A program made the translations under genes and the position numbers. The notes beneath the pieces are model-generated. The model searched no databases. It was not told where the DNA came from and saw only the letters and a program-made list of their open reading frames with translations. This document shows positions 1 to 9,402 of a stretch of DNA of 60,788 nucleotides, piece after piece. The DNA comes from a virus (lineage: Duplodnaviria > Caudoviricetes). Every line of letters starts with the position of its first letter. Within the stretch, counting starts at the first letter, position 1. The stretch lies in the IMG/VR virus record IMGVR_UViG_3300037070_008166, positions 1-60,788 of that record. One strand, given 5' to 3'.

Positions 1-158
1 TCTGTTCAGGCCGTTCATACCGTTCATACTCCCAGGACGGTCGAGCTATTATCAAAATAGTTTGAGTGGGACTCACATTTCTGTGAGCACCTCCTTGTGA
101 GTCGCCCTCCTCCTGACCTATACTTGAATCTCAGAGTCCGCGGACCGTAGTTCACACG

Positions 159-569
159 ATGCCAACGGAAATCCTCGATGCGCCGGTGATCGAGCCTGAA
201 GTCGTGGACGACGGGATCGAACGGGACGAGGCGGGTCGCATCATTCGGTCGCCGGGTCGCCGAAGAGGAACAAAGAACAAGAGTGTCCTTCGCCGATATG
301 AGTTCATCGACGAAGTGATGGGTAAGGTGGGAAGCGAAGAACTCAAGGAATTTGCTCAGGCGATTCGCAAGCAGTTCATGGATGGCACAATCCCAGGGCC
401 AGTTGCGACCATTGTGTTGCAGTGGGCTCTGGGCAAACCGAAAGACACGGTTGAGGTCGAGCATCACTTGACCATAGGACGCGTTGTTCGAGAGATTGTG
501 GACCCAGGGCCACCTGGAACCCCAGCACTCCTACCGAAATCCTCGAACCATGATCCCTCAGACCGCTAG
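159..569 (+). CDS. putative terminase small subunit
   Basis: 136 aa ORF directly upstream of and overlapping the large terminase; N-terminal 'RDEAGRII..PGRRRGTKNK' motif typical of TerS-like proteins. Confidence 0.6.
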   Translation: MPTEILDAPVIEPEVVDDGIERDEAGRIIRSPGRRRGTKNKSVLRRYEFIDEVMGKVGSEELKEFAQAIRKQFMDGTIPGPVATIVLQWALGKPKDTVEVEHHLTIGRVVREIVDPGPPGTPALLPKSSNHDPSDR

Positions 570-1881
570 CCCTGAAGAAGATTACGACGATTTCCCTGAG
601 GAGAGCTCTGAGCCGGCTCGCGAACTGCGGATCCGCACACCGCGAGCCTTCTTACCTCTCCTTCAACCAGCACGTTATAAGGCAGCGTGGGGTGGTCGTG
701 GTTCCGGCAAGTCCCATTTCTTTGCCGAATCCCTGATCGAGCGTTGCCTGATGAATCGCACCCGAGCGGTGTGCATCCGCGAAGTGCAGAAATCGTTGGG
801 CCAATCAGTCAAACTGCTTCTTGACGACAAGATCAAGGAGTGGGGGCTGGAGTCCGATGACGAACGGCCTGGGACATTTCGCATCCTGAACAACTACATC
901 GCGGCTCCCTATGGTGGCGCGATCATTTTCAACGGGATGCAAGATCACACCGCCGAGTCCATCAAGTCGTTGGAAGGCTACGACATCGCGTGGGTGGAAG
1001 AAGCCCAGTCCCTGAGCCAGCGTTCGCTGGACCTGTTACGTCCGACGATCCGTAAGAATACCTCCGAGATTTGGTTTTCGTGGAACCCACGACGACCAAC
1101 GGACCCGGTGGATCAATTCTTGAGGGGAGCGGGAGCCCCAAATGATGCCATCGTCGTCCAGGTCAACTGGCTGGACAATCCATTTCTTCCTTCGGTGCTT
1201 GCAAAGGAAGTCGCGTGGGACCAAGCGCGAGACCCGGACAAGTACGCGCATGTTTGGCTTGGGGAGTACGAGCGTAACAGCGAGCTTCGCGTGTTCAAGA
1301 ACTGGCGGGTCGAAGAGTTCGAGACCCCGGCTGACTCCATGTTCATGTATGGTGCGGACTGGGGTTTCACGATCGACCCGTCAGTCCTTGTACGGTGCTA
1401 TGTGGGTGTCACCGAAACGAAGCTCGATGGCCAGGTGCAATACGGACGCACCTTATTCATAGACCAAGAGGCCTACGAGGTCGGCGTCGAGATCGATTAC
1501 TTGGGTGATCTGTTCGATCGGGTCCCGGATTCGAAGAAATGGCGGATCACAGCCGACTCTGCGAGGCCCGAAACGATCAGCTACATGAAGCGACATGGCT
1601 TCCCCAAGATGGATTCGGCCGTGAAAGGCGCGAACAGTGTGAAGGAAGGCGTGATGTTCCTTCAGAACTTCGACATCGTCGTGCACCCACGCTGCAAGCA
1701 CACGATCGACGAGCTCTCGCTCTACTCGTTCAAGGTAGACCAACTGACCGGGCGACCAACTCCCGTGTTGCAGGACAAGAAGAACCACGTGATTGACTCG
1801 CTTCGGTACGCGGTCGAGGATTTGCGGTCCGGTCGTTTCACTCCGCGTGAGGCTGGCTTGTCCAGTTCCGCCACATGGTAA
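550..1881 (+). CDS. terL: terminase large subunit, PBSX/XtmB family
   Basis: Walker A 'GGRGSGKS', Walker B 'WVEEAQ', 'SWNP' motif, nuclease 'GADWGF..DP', 'ADSARPE', C-terminal 'NHVIDSLRYA'; ATG at 550 preferred over the track start at 484. Confidence 0.95.
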   Translation: MIPQTASPEEDYDDFPEESSEPARELRIRTPRAFLPLLQPARYKAAWGGRGSGKSHFFAESLIERCLMNRTRAVCIREVQKSLGQSVKLLLDDKIKEWGLESDDERPGTFRILNNYIAAPYGGAIIFNGMQDHTAESIKSLEGYDIAWVEEAQSLSQRSLDLLRPTIRKNTSEIWFSWNPRRPTDPVDQFLRGAGAPNDAIVVQVNWLDNPFLPSVLAKEVAWDQARDPDKYAHVWLGEYERNSELRVFKNWRVEEFETPADSMFMYGADWGFTIDPSVLVRCYVGVTETKLDGQVQYGRTLFIDQEAYEVGVEIDYLGDLFDRVPDSKKWRITADSARPETISYMKRHGFPKMDSAVKGANSVKEGVMFLQNFDIVVHPRCKHTIDELSLYSFKVDQLTGRPTPVLQDKKNHVIDSLRYAVEDLRSGRFTPREAGLSSSATW

Positions 1882-4800
1882 GCAAATCCAAGAAGAGCAA
1901 CGGACACACGGAGCCGACGCCGGAAATGCGTGCGGCGATGGCCAAGCAATTGCGGGCCGCGACTACCTCTGAGCTGCTTCAGCGCTTCTCGTTCATGCGC
2001 CAGGCGGGACTGGGCTTCGATGGTGCCCGCGACTACTACGAGGTGCTTGGTTACGATCGTGTCATCACGACGAAACAGTATCGTGACGAGTATGCACGTG
2101 GTGGGATTGCGAAGCGCATCGTGGAGGCGTTCCCGAAGGCGACGTGGCGTGGTGGCGTGGAATTGTTCGAAGACGAGGACCCAGAGAAGTCTACCGAATT
2201 CGAGAAAGCCTGGGACTCGATCAACCAGCGACTCAACGTCTGGAACATCCTCTACCGGGCGGATGTGCTCGCGGGGCTGAGCACCTTTTCCGTCATCCTG
2301 ATTGGAGCGGAGGGCGAGCTCGACAAGGAATTGCCGAAAGGCAATCCGGACAAGTTGCTCTATCTGACTCCGTTCCTGGGTGGTGGGAGCAGCCTGAACA
2401 ACCGCAACCAGATGACGGCGATCGACACGGATGCGGCCGTTTCGGAACTCGAGATCGACACCGCGTCCAAGCGATTCGGCGAGCCGAAGACGTATCAACT
2501 GAAACGACTGGACATCACGTCGCTCAAGCTGACGAAGCCGATTCACTGGTCCCGGATCATTCACATCGCGGAAGGGTGCCTGGACGACAACATCAATGGC
2601 CAGCCCACCCTCGAGAACATCTGGAATCTGCTGCAGGATTTGCTGAAGGTCACGGGTGGTGGCGCGGAAGCATTCTGGTTGCGTGGCAATCAGGGCATGC
2701 ATCTGAACATTGATCCCGCCATGTCGCTCGAGGACACGAAGAACACGGTCGAATCGTTGCGCGAACAGGCCGAGGCATACAAGCATCAGATCACGCGGTG
2801 GATGCGGACTCGTGGCGTCGAGATCAATACGTTGGGCAGTGACGTCGCGAACTTCGGTCCCTCGGCTGAAGCGATCCTGACCCAAATCGCTGGGAGCAAA
2901 GGCATTCCCATGCGCATCCTGACTGGCTCCGAGCGCGGCGAGCTCGCCAGTTCCCAGGATGCGGCGAATTTCAATACGCAAGTCTATGATCGTCGCACCG
3001 GCTATGCCGGGCCAATGATCGTGCGTCGGCTGGTCGATCGTCTCATCGAGTATGGCTATCTCCCGAAGCCCATAGAATACGACGTGAAGTGGGCGGAGAT
3101 CGAGACGATGTCCGAGATCGAGAAGGCACAGGGCGCGAAGGCGTGGGCCGATGTGAATGCGGCGTCCATGGATGCGATCGGTCAGCCGGTCTACACTGGT
3201 GCAGAGATCCGCGAGCACTGGACGGGCCTGGAGCCACTCGACGATGCGGCGGTGCAGGAAGTGCTCGACGCGAAGAAGGCGCTGCTCGAAGCCACCACAC
3301 CGGAACCGCCGGAACCTGTCGCGGTTCCCGCGCCCGCGCCCGCCCCCGCGAAGGAGCCATTTCCACGTGCGGCCATGAGTGGTCCGCATTCGCTGGCCAG
3401 CACACAGATTCAGTTGCCTCCTGCGCTGGCTGCGAAGATCTTCGATGTGGGCCGACAGATCCCAGACGCAGAGCTCGCGGAGATGGGCCGGGAAGACGAC
3501 GCGCACATCACCGTGAAGTATGGGCTGAAGTCGGACAACGTCGAGGAAATCCGCGATGTGCTTGCTGATGCTGGCCCGATTCAAGTGACCTTGGGTCCGT
3601 TGGCCGTGTTCAGCCGACCGGAACATGACGTGCTCTATGCGTCGGTGGACAGCCCCACGCTGCACACGTTGAACAGCCGCATCGACGCGACGGTCGAGAC
3701 GGAGCCATCAGAGTTTGACTACACACCACATGCAACCATCGCCTACCTGAAACCGGGCGAGGGCGCGAAGTATGCGGGCAACATGATGCTGGACGGGGAG
3801 ACGGCCACGGTGTCGTCCGTGTTGTTCAGTCCGTCGCAGGGTGACCAGAAGATTCTCGTGTCCACGTTGCGGGCCGCGGAACTCAACGACCCCGAACTGC
3901 TGCGCATCCTGGCCGACGCGGAAGAATGCGGGGCGACGGAGGTCGTCGAGGCGATTCGCGCAGCCGGTGGACCGGGATCCGGTCATCACGGGCATTCCGG
4001 GCGCAAGGGTGAAGTGGGTGGCAGCACCAAGGAGGGCGACACAGGTCTCGGGTATCCCGCACCCATGAGTCTGTTCAAGACCAGGTCGTTCCAGGTGTCT
4101 GAGCTAGGTGGAGCGCGTCGTTTCATGTTGCACCCCAAGACGGGGACCGCGGTGTTTGGTGCACTAGGTCATGATCCGTCGTCCGGCACCCATGCTGAGG
4201 ACTTGGCGAATTCCGGTGCGAAGGAGCCATTCGATTCGTTCGAGCGTGGCTGGATCAGTGCAGAAGATAAGGAACTGATTCTATTCGATCGCGCCGAATA
4301 TCTTGCGGCCGATAACATCGAGACCATCGACGCTGAAGATCGACGATACGAAGCACTCCAGCGGTTGGTCAGCGCGGGGATGACAAAGGACTGGACGATC
4401 GCCGCGCCCGACGATGCCGGTGCCGCGAGTTTCTCGCGCCCACTCGGGCGAGCGTATCCTGAGCTGTTCAAGAAGATGCGCGGATTGGGTGGCGCGGGAT
4501 CTGGACATCACGGTCACAAAGGCCGACCGGGTGAAGAAGGCGGATCCGCCAAGGAGGGCGACTCTAATGGCGCACCTCTTAACAAATCCGACGAGGCACG
4601 AATTACGAAGTGGATCAGTGCTGGTGGTGGTGAGCCGTGGAACGTGCCAACGGACAAGGCATTTCAGCGACTCCGCGATCCGAAGACTCCACAGGGCAAA
4701 GCGATGGCCGTAACGCTCGACAAGTTGCCCGCATTCGAAGGCACTGGTTTTCGAGGCATCAATCTTTCCGATGCGGAACTGGCCAAACTGTCTGAACAGA

Positions 4801-5978
4801 GGACGATGGTTCTGTCGAAGCACGATAGTTTCAGTACGAATCGTGGACAGGCGGAAGAGTTCGTCAACCCTGAATCACGTGTGTCCACCGTGCCGGTAGA
4901 ACTCAGTTCTACGAAGGTGAAAGAAAAGCCATCGTGGCTGTATCCGGAGGGACGTATCCGGGAGGACATCAAGTGGGGTTCGAAGAAAGTCACAGCAGGA
5001 CCAAAGGCGAAGACGAATGGTGTGCTGATCAAAGCGTCTGGGGTGTTCGCGGATGCTCGGGGAATCTTTGGGTCGGGTGAGGATGAGATTATCGCGAAGG
5101 CGGGGTCTCGATTTACAGTCGACAAGATCAGCAAGGTGCGGGGCACTACGATCATCCATGTGTCGCAGTCAAAGATGCGCGGTGCGGAAGGTGAAGAGAT
5201 CCTGATTGATCTCGGCGGTCCGGGCAGTGGTCATCACGGACATGAGGGCCGTCCCGGGCAAGTGGGTGGGAGTAGCGCGGAGGGCGGCTCAGTCACGAAC
5301 CGTAGTGGTCACGAGTTCCGGGCCAAAACTCAGGTGATGCATCAGCTCATCCCGCAGCGCGGACAGGTCCAGTCGATTGAAGACGGCAAGTTGCGCGTGC
5401 GATGGGAAGGTGGTAAGGAAGAGATCGTCTCACCGAACATGGTCATGGCCGTGAATGTTGAGACCGAGCGGAAGCAACACGAGGCGGCAGCGAAAGAGTC
5501 TTCGCGCGAGCGGGCGAAGGAAACGGAAGACGACGATTTCTATCAAGGCTTCGGTCCTTTGAGTCGGTCTGAGCCTGGGTCTGTGAAAGATCTCCCGGTC
5601 TATCGCGGCGGGGTGATCACCCACAGCGCGGAGGTCACGTATCACACCACGAATCGCGAGATGGCCGAGTCGTACGTGCAGATGTCCAACGATCGCTTCG
5701 GCGAGGGTGGGGCGTTGCACGAATCGAAGCTGACGATCGACAAGCCAGCCCCGGAAGCCGTGATCCAGAAGATCGCGAAGTCCGTGGGCATCGACAATGC
5801 GTTCTACACGCCCGCGAGCGTCTTCGATGCGGAGATCCACGGCAAGGGTCCTGTCAAGGAACTGGTCACGGAGCTGAAGAAGCAAGGCTACGACGGCACC
5901 GTGCTCACGGACATCGCCTACGGCAAGGAAATCGAGGACAAGGCGTACATCAAATTCCGAGGAGCTACCGATGCCTGA
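1875..5978 (+). CDS. portal protein (DUF1073-like) fused to 2H phosphoesterase, ADP-ribosyltransferase-like and unknown cargo domains
   Basis: Follows terL. First ~470 aa are portal-like ('GIAKRIVEAFP', 'IHWSRIIH', 'GIPMRILTGSERGELAS..D'), then a Pro/Ala linker, a 2H domain with two HxT motifs (HITV, HATI), three GGxGSGHHGH repeats and ART-like motifs. Confidence 0.85.
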   Translation: MVSKSKKSNGHTEPTPEMRAAMAKQLRAATTSELLQRFSFMRQAGLGFDGARDYYEVLGYDRVITTKQYRDEYARGGIAKRIVEAFPKATWRGGVELFEDEDPEKSTEFEKAWDSINQRLNVWNILYRADVLAGLSTFSVILIGAEGELDKELPKGNPDKLLYLTPFLGGGSSLNNRNQMTAIDTDAAVSELEIDTASKRFGEPKTYQLKRLDITSLKLTKPIHWSRIIHIAEGCLDDNINGQPTLENIWNLLQDLLKVTGGGAEAFWLRGNQGMHLNIDPAMSLEDTKNTVESLREQAEAYKHQITRWMRTRGVEINTLGSDVANFGPSAEAILTQIAGSKGIPMRILTGSERGELASSQDAANFNTQVYDRRTGYAGPMIVRRLVDRLIEYGYLPKPIEYDVKWAEIETMSEIEKAQGAKAWADVNAASMDAIGQPVYTGAEIREHWTGLEPLDDAAVQEVLDAKKALLEATTPEPPEPVAVPAPAPAPAKEPFPRAAMSGPHSLASTQIQLPPALAAKIFDVGRQIPDAELAEMGREDDAHITVKYGLKSDNVEEIRDVLADAGPIQVTLGPLAVFSRPEHDVLYASVDSPTLHTLNSRIDATVETEPSEFDYTPHATIAYLKPGEGAKYAGNMMLDGETATVSSVLFSPSQGDQKILVSTLRAAELNDPELLRILADAEECGATEVVEAIRAAGGPGSGHHGHSGRKGEVGGSTKEGDTGLGYPAPMSLFKTRSFQVSELGGARRFMLHPKTGTAVFGALGHDPSSGTHAEDLANSGAKEPFDSFERGWISAEDKELILFDRAEYLAADNIETIDAEDRRYEALQRLVSAGMTKDWTIAAPDDAGAASFSRPLGRAYPELFKKMRGLGGAGSGHHGHKGRPGEEGGSAKEGDSNGAPLNKSDEARITKWISAGGGEPWNVPTDKAFQRLRDPKTPQGKAMAVTLDKLPAFEGTGFRGINLSDAELAKLSEQRTMVLSKHDSFSTNRGQAEEFVNPESRVSTVPVELSSTKVKEKPSWLYPEGRIREDIKWGSKKVTAGPKAKTNGVLIKASGVFADARGIFGSGEDEIIAKAGSRFTVDKISKVRGTTIIHVSQSKMRGAEGEEILIDLGGPGSGHHGHEGRPGQVGGSSAEGGSVTNRSGHEFRAKTQVMHQLIPQRGQVQSIEDGKLRVRWEGGKEEIVSPNMVMAVNVETERKQHEAAAKESSRERAKETEDDDFYQGFGPLSRSEPGSVKDLPVYRGGVITHSAEVTYHTTNREMAESYVQMSNDRFGEGGALHESKLTIDKPAPEAVIQKIAKSVGIDNAFYTPASVFDAEIHGKGPVKELVTELKKQGYDGTVLTDIAYGKEIEDKAYIKFRGATDA

Positions 5979-6126
5979 CGTGCTCACCGTGCTCATCGTG
6001 CTACTGTTTCTGTTGTGGGTCACGGGATTCTTCGTTTTTCCCGCAGTCACCGGTGGCACCATCCACATTCTGCTGGTGTTCATCCTGGCCGTCATCCTGA
6101 TCAAAGTGCTCCAGGGAAAACTCTAA
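5971..6126 (+). CDS. small two-helix membrane protein, lmo0937/DUF5670-like
   Basis: Not in ORF track (51 aa): MPDVLTVLIVLLFLLWVTGFFVFPAVTGGTIHILLVFILAVILIKVLQGKL; GAGGAG RBS; overlaps portal stop and protease start. Confidence 0.7.
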   Translation: MPDVLTVLIVLLFLLWVTGFFVFPAVTGGTIHILLVFILAVILIKVLQGKL

Positions 6127-8900
6127 TGGCCGACACCGATACGAAGATTACGATTGACGAGGACCACCTCGTTGTGGCCGGCGGACCGGGCAGCGGGAAC
6201 CACGGCCACAAGGGGCGACCGGGGGAAGTCGGTGGATCGGCCGGGGATGGTGATTCCGGGCATCGTGGTGTCGATGGACGTGAGACCAAACGATTCACGT
6301 ATTCCGATGGTCGGCACACCGATGTCAAGGAAGCGCCCGGAAAATTCGATAGCAATGGCGAGCGGGAGTTCCAGCACGAGGGTATGACCGTCTACGAAAA
6401 GAAGGGGATGCCCTATCTCAAATCCGACAACGACATCCACAAGCAGTCGGAGACGTATCGCCGGGCGTCACAGGTCACCCGCGATAAGTTCAAAGGCACT
6501 GCCCATTACAACGATGGGGCGAAGGTCGGCGCGGAGGGTAATTCACTGACCCACTTCGTAGACGATCTCAAGGATATGCTGGATTCTCAAGACCAACATG
6601 CGTGGCTCGCCGGTCATGCGGAAGAGTACTTTAAGGAAGAAGTCCGCAACCCAAAGAGCTTCGACGAACGCAAATACAAACGACTGGAGCACGACGCGTA
6701 CGACGAACTGCCCCGCCTCCTCCACCTCGCGGGCGCGACCGGGAAGGTGCGACGCGAGATGCTCCATGGCCGTCCGCACATCGTGGTGCCGGTCGTCGCC
6801 CTGATGGAAGGCGTCATCTCGCCGGTGAACGCGGGCGGGCTGGAGTTCGTGCCGCTGGCTACGTTGCAGAAGGCGGCAGCGTCCTGGAATGGACGGCCCG
6901 TCACGCTCGGCCACCCGGTGAAGAACGGGCGGCAGTGCTCGGCGAACGCACCGGACATTTTGACCACGCACTACCTGGGCCAGATCTTCAACTCCCATGT
7001 GGAAGGCAAGAAGCTGCTCCAAGAAGCGTGGATCGACGAAGCTCGGGCGAAGGACCTCGACGCATTGATGCTCCAGCGGCTGTTGGAAAATCAGCCGGAG
7101 GAAGTCAGTGTGGGGGCATTCGTCCACACTCTCGAACAGCCCGGCACTTTCCACGGCAAAGCGTATGGCGTGACCTGGTCGGAGACGATGGGCGATCATC
7201 TCGCTTTCCTCCCCGGGAAGCGTGGCGCGTGCAGTATTGCAATGGGTTGCGGCACCCACCGGGCCGCGGAGGAAATGCCAATCATTCATCAGGTGCACGA
7301 CGACTACTTGGAAATCCTCGGTGGTCCTGGCTCCGGGAACTTCGGGCACAAAGGTCGGCCTGGTGAGGTAGGTGGATCGGCGGATGGTGGCGGCGAGGGT
7401 GGATCTGGTAAAGTCAGTGGCTACTCCCTGGTCAAAGAACAAGACGGCAAGGTGCAGGTCATTTCCACCGGCCACACCAAGGCGGAAGCCATTCAGGCGT
7501 CGCTCAAATTGCGAAAGACGCAGGGTGACGACTATCACGATGTGGTCAGCCCAACCGGTCGCAACATCGAGCACAACACGTTGAATGATCGTGATCAGGT
7601 GATCGCCAAAGAAGGTCGACCGGCCGAACGACCCGCGTATCAGATCGATGACGAGGGCAATATCTCGAAGATTCCTCAGCCACGTGATCCAGGTTATGTT
7701 CCACCACTTGGAGACGATGAGTCGGTGGATCTGGATGATGATACCCGAGCGACTGGAAAGCTTGGCGAAGAAGTTCAGATGAAGGGAAGTCATCTACCTG
7801 CCAGAGTGACAGCAGTCGACCGTGATCGAGTTGAAGTTGAGCACGAGACGTCGGTCTATGGGCGGGTGACTGTGAAGGAGTACACACCCGAAGAATTCAG
7901 AAAGAAGTTTCGACGACTGGAGCACGAGATGAAGTACAAAGACTGCGCCGCGTGCGATGGTTCCGGCACCAAGGACGGCAATCCCTGCGAGACCTGTGAC
8001 GGCGAAGGCCGACTCAAGACGGCCGAAGACGAGGGCGAATGCCTCTACTGCCTGGGCTCCGGCGTCAACGCGGACGGCACGGAGTGTGAAGATTGCGGCG
8101 GGACGGGCATGAAGAATCTCGAGGAGGCCAAGCCCAGTCTGATCAAGGCGGCGATGGCGTTTCTCAAATCATTGGGTGGCCCTCATCCTTCATTTCTCAA
8201 GCTTGCTAAATCAAGAAAATTGGAGCACGACGCGGAAGTGGTCGAGCTCGTCCAGGAAGAGATCACAGAATCTGCGGACACGATCGCCGCGGAAACCCCT
8301 GCTGAACCATCGGCAGAAGAAGTCGATCGCATTCTCACCGAAAAAGCAGCGGCAGGTGAAGCCGCATTCAAAGCAGCGTGTCGCTGCGAGGAGAAGCACA
8401 TGAAGCCCGAAGAGAGAAAGGATCTGATCGGAAAGCTCGTCGTGGACAAGCACAGCGGATTCACCGCTGGCGACGAGAAGATGCTGGAAGCGGCATCTGA
8501 CGAGCGCCTCGAGTCGTTCCGAGTTGCCGCGGAGTCGCGGGCCAACACGGAGCGCGATTTGAAAGCGGCGGCAGACAGGAAGCTGACGGCAGCGGAGTTC
8601 ATGGAAGTGGCTCCGCCCGAGATCAAGACACTCATCAAGCGGCAGGAACGCCAGGAGACGGAGATGAAGGCCGCACTCATCACCGAACTCAAGGCCGCAC
8701 AGAGCGAGTACAGCGAGGCGGAACTCAGCGTCATGGCGGTCGAGGATCTCGCCCGCATGGCCCGCGTCGCGAAGGTCGAGATCAAGACCGACTACAGCGG
8801 CAAGGCCCTGCCGAAGATGGTCGCCGCGGAAGAGGACGACTACACTCCGCCGAATCCCTACGAGAAGGGGATCAAGGCGCTGCAGCAGGCGCGGGCGTAG
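6126..8900 (+). CDS. prohead protease (DUF2213-like)/scaffold fusion with cargo domains and DnaJ-type Zn finger
   Basis: Central 'WNGRPVTLGHP...EVSVG...DHLAFLPGKRGACSIAMGCG' protease-like domain, two GGPGSGN(H/F)GH repeats, four CxxCxGxG motifs, helical charged C-terminal scaffold; lies upstream of the capsid genes. Confidence 0.75.
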   Translation: MADTDTKITIDEDHLVVAGGPGSGNHGHKGRPGEVGGSAGDGDSGHRGVDGRETKRFTYSDGRHTDVKEAPGKFDSNGEREFQHEGMTVYEKKGMPYLKSDNDIHKQSETYRRASQVTRDKFKGTAHYNDGAKVGAEGNSLTHFVDDLKDMLDSQDQHAWLAGHAEEYFKEEVRNPKSFDERKYKRLEHDAYDELPRLLHLAGATGKVRREMLHGRPHIVVPVVALMEGVISPVNAGGLEFVPLATLQKAAASWNGRPVTLGHPVKNGRQCSANAPDILTTHYLGQIFNSHVEGKKLLQEAWIDEARAKDLDALMLQRLLENQPEEVSVGAFVHTLEQPGTFHGKAYGVTWSETMGDHLAFLPGKRGACSIAMGCGTHRAAEEMPIIHQVHDDYLEILGGPGSGNFGHKGRPGEVGGSADGGGEGGSGKVSGYSLVKEQDGKVQVISTGHTKAEAIQASLKLRKTQGDDYHDVVSPTGRNIEHNTLNDRDQVIAKEGRPAERPAYQIDDEGNISKIPQPRDPGYVPPLGDDESVDLDDDTRATGKLGEEVQMKGSHLPARVTAVDRDRVEVEHETSVYGRVTVKEYTPEEFRKKFRRLEHEMKYKDCAACDGSGTKDGNPCETCDGEGRLKTAEDEGECLYCLGSGVNADGTECEDCGGTGMKNLEEAKPSLIKAAMAFLKSLGGPHPSFLKLAKSRKLEHDAEVVELVQEEITESADTIAAETPAEPSAEEVDRILTEKAAAGEAAFKAACRCEEKHMKPEERKDLIGKLVVDKHSGFTAGDEKMLEAASDERLESFRVAAESRANTERDLKAAADRKLTAAEFMEVAPPEIKTLIKRQERQETEMKAALITELKAAQSEYSEAELSVMAVEDLARMARVAKVEIKTDYSGKALPKMVAAEEDDYTPPNPYEKGIKALQQARA

Positions 8901-8939
8901 TCCGCACCCACCCAGTCACACAGTTCAGGAGACACAGAT

Positions 8940-9374
8940 ATGTCGATCACTCGGTACGACCCGAACACGATCTTCCTGGGAGGGGACCGGACGCAAATCG
9001 GCGACCTCGCAGTGAGTGAAGCCCTCACGCCCGGCATGCTTGTCGAGCGATTCAACAACGGTGGCATCATCCGGTGGCGGAAGGCGACCGCCGATATCGA
9101 TGGTCCGCCGGCCATCATCACCAATCAGTCGATGCTCAACTTGGGCGTCGATGACGACTACGCCGCTGGCGATCTGGCGGAGGTTTCCATTCTGCACAAG
9201 GGTGCGACGGCCTGGGCGCTCATCGCGAGCGGACAGAACATCGCCGCTGGTGTGCTGCTCGGCAGTGCGGGCGACGGCACGCTGAAGGCCGGAGCCACCG
9301 TGGCTCGGTTCACCGCACTCGAGAACAAGCCCACTGTCACCGTCCTGACGCGCATTCGCGTCGAGGCACTGTAA
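8940..9374 (+). CDS. head decoration/capsid cement protein
   Basis: 144 aa Gly/Ala-rich beta protein between scaffold and major capsid; AGGAG RBS. Confidence 0.65.
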   Translation: MSITRYDPNTIFLGGDRTQIGDLAVSEALTPGMLVERFNNGGIIRWRKATADIDGPPAIITNQSMLNLGVDDDYAAGDLAEVSILHKGATAWALIASGQNIAAGVLLGSAGDGTLKAGATVARFTALENKPTVTVLTRIRVEAL

Positions 9375-9402
9375 CCGACGCCTCGGCGTCAGGAGGAACG
9401 CG

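Noticed and set aside
1722-3665. 647-aa minus-strand ORF and other long antisense ORFs (e.g. 6543-7793, 9337-10482, 37848-39329, 49457-50923, 57342-58766)
   Set aside because: Shadow frames opposite well-supported genes in GC-rich, codon-biased DNA; no motifs or RBS
3966-7379. GSG/His-rich repeats as synthetic linkers or His-tags (engineered construct)
   Set aside because: Codons diverge between copies, there is no His6 or vector sequence, and the context is a natural head module
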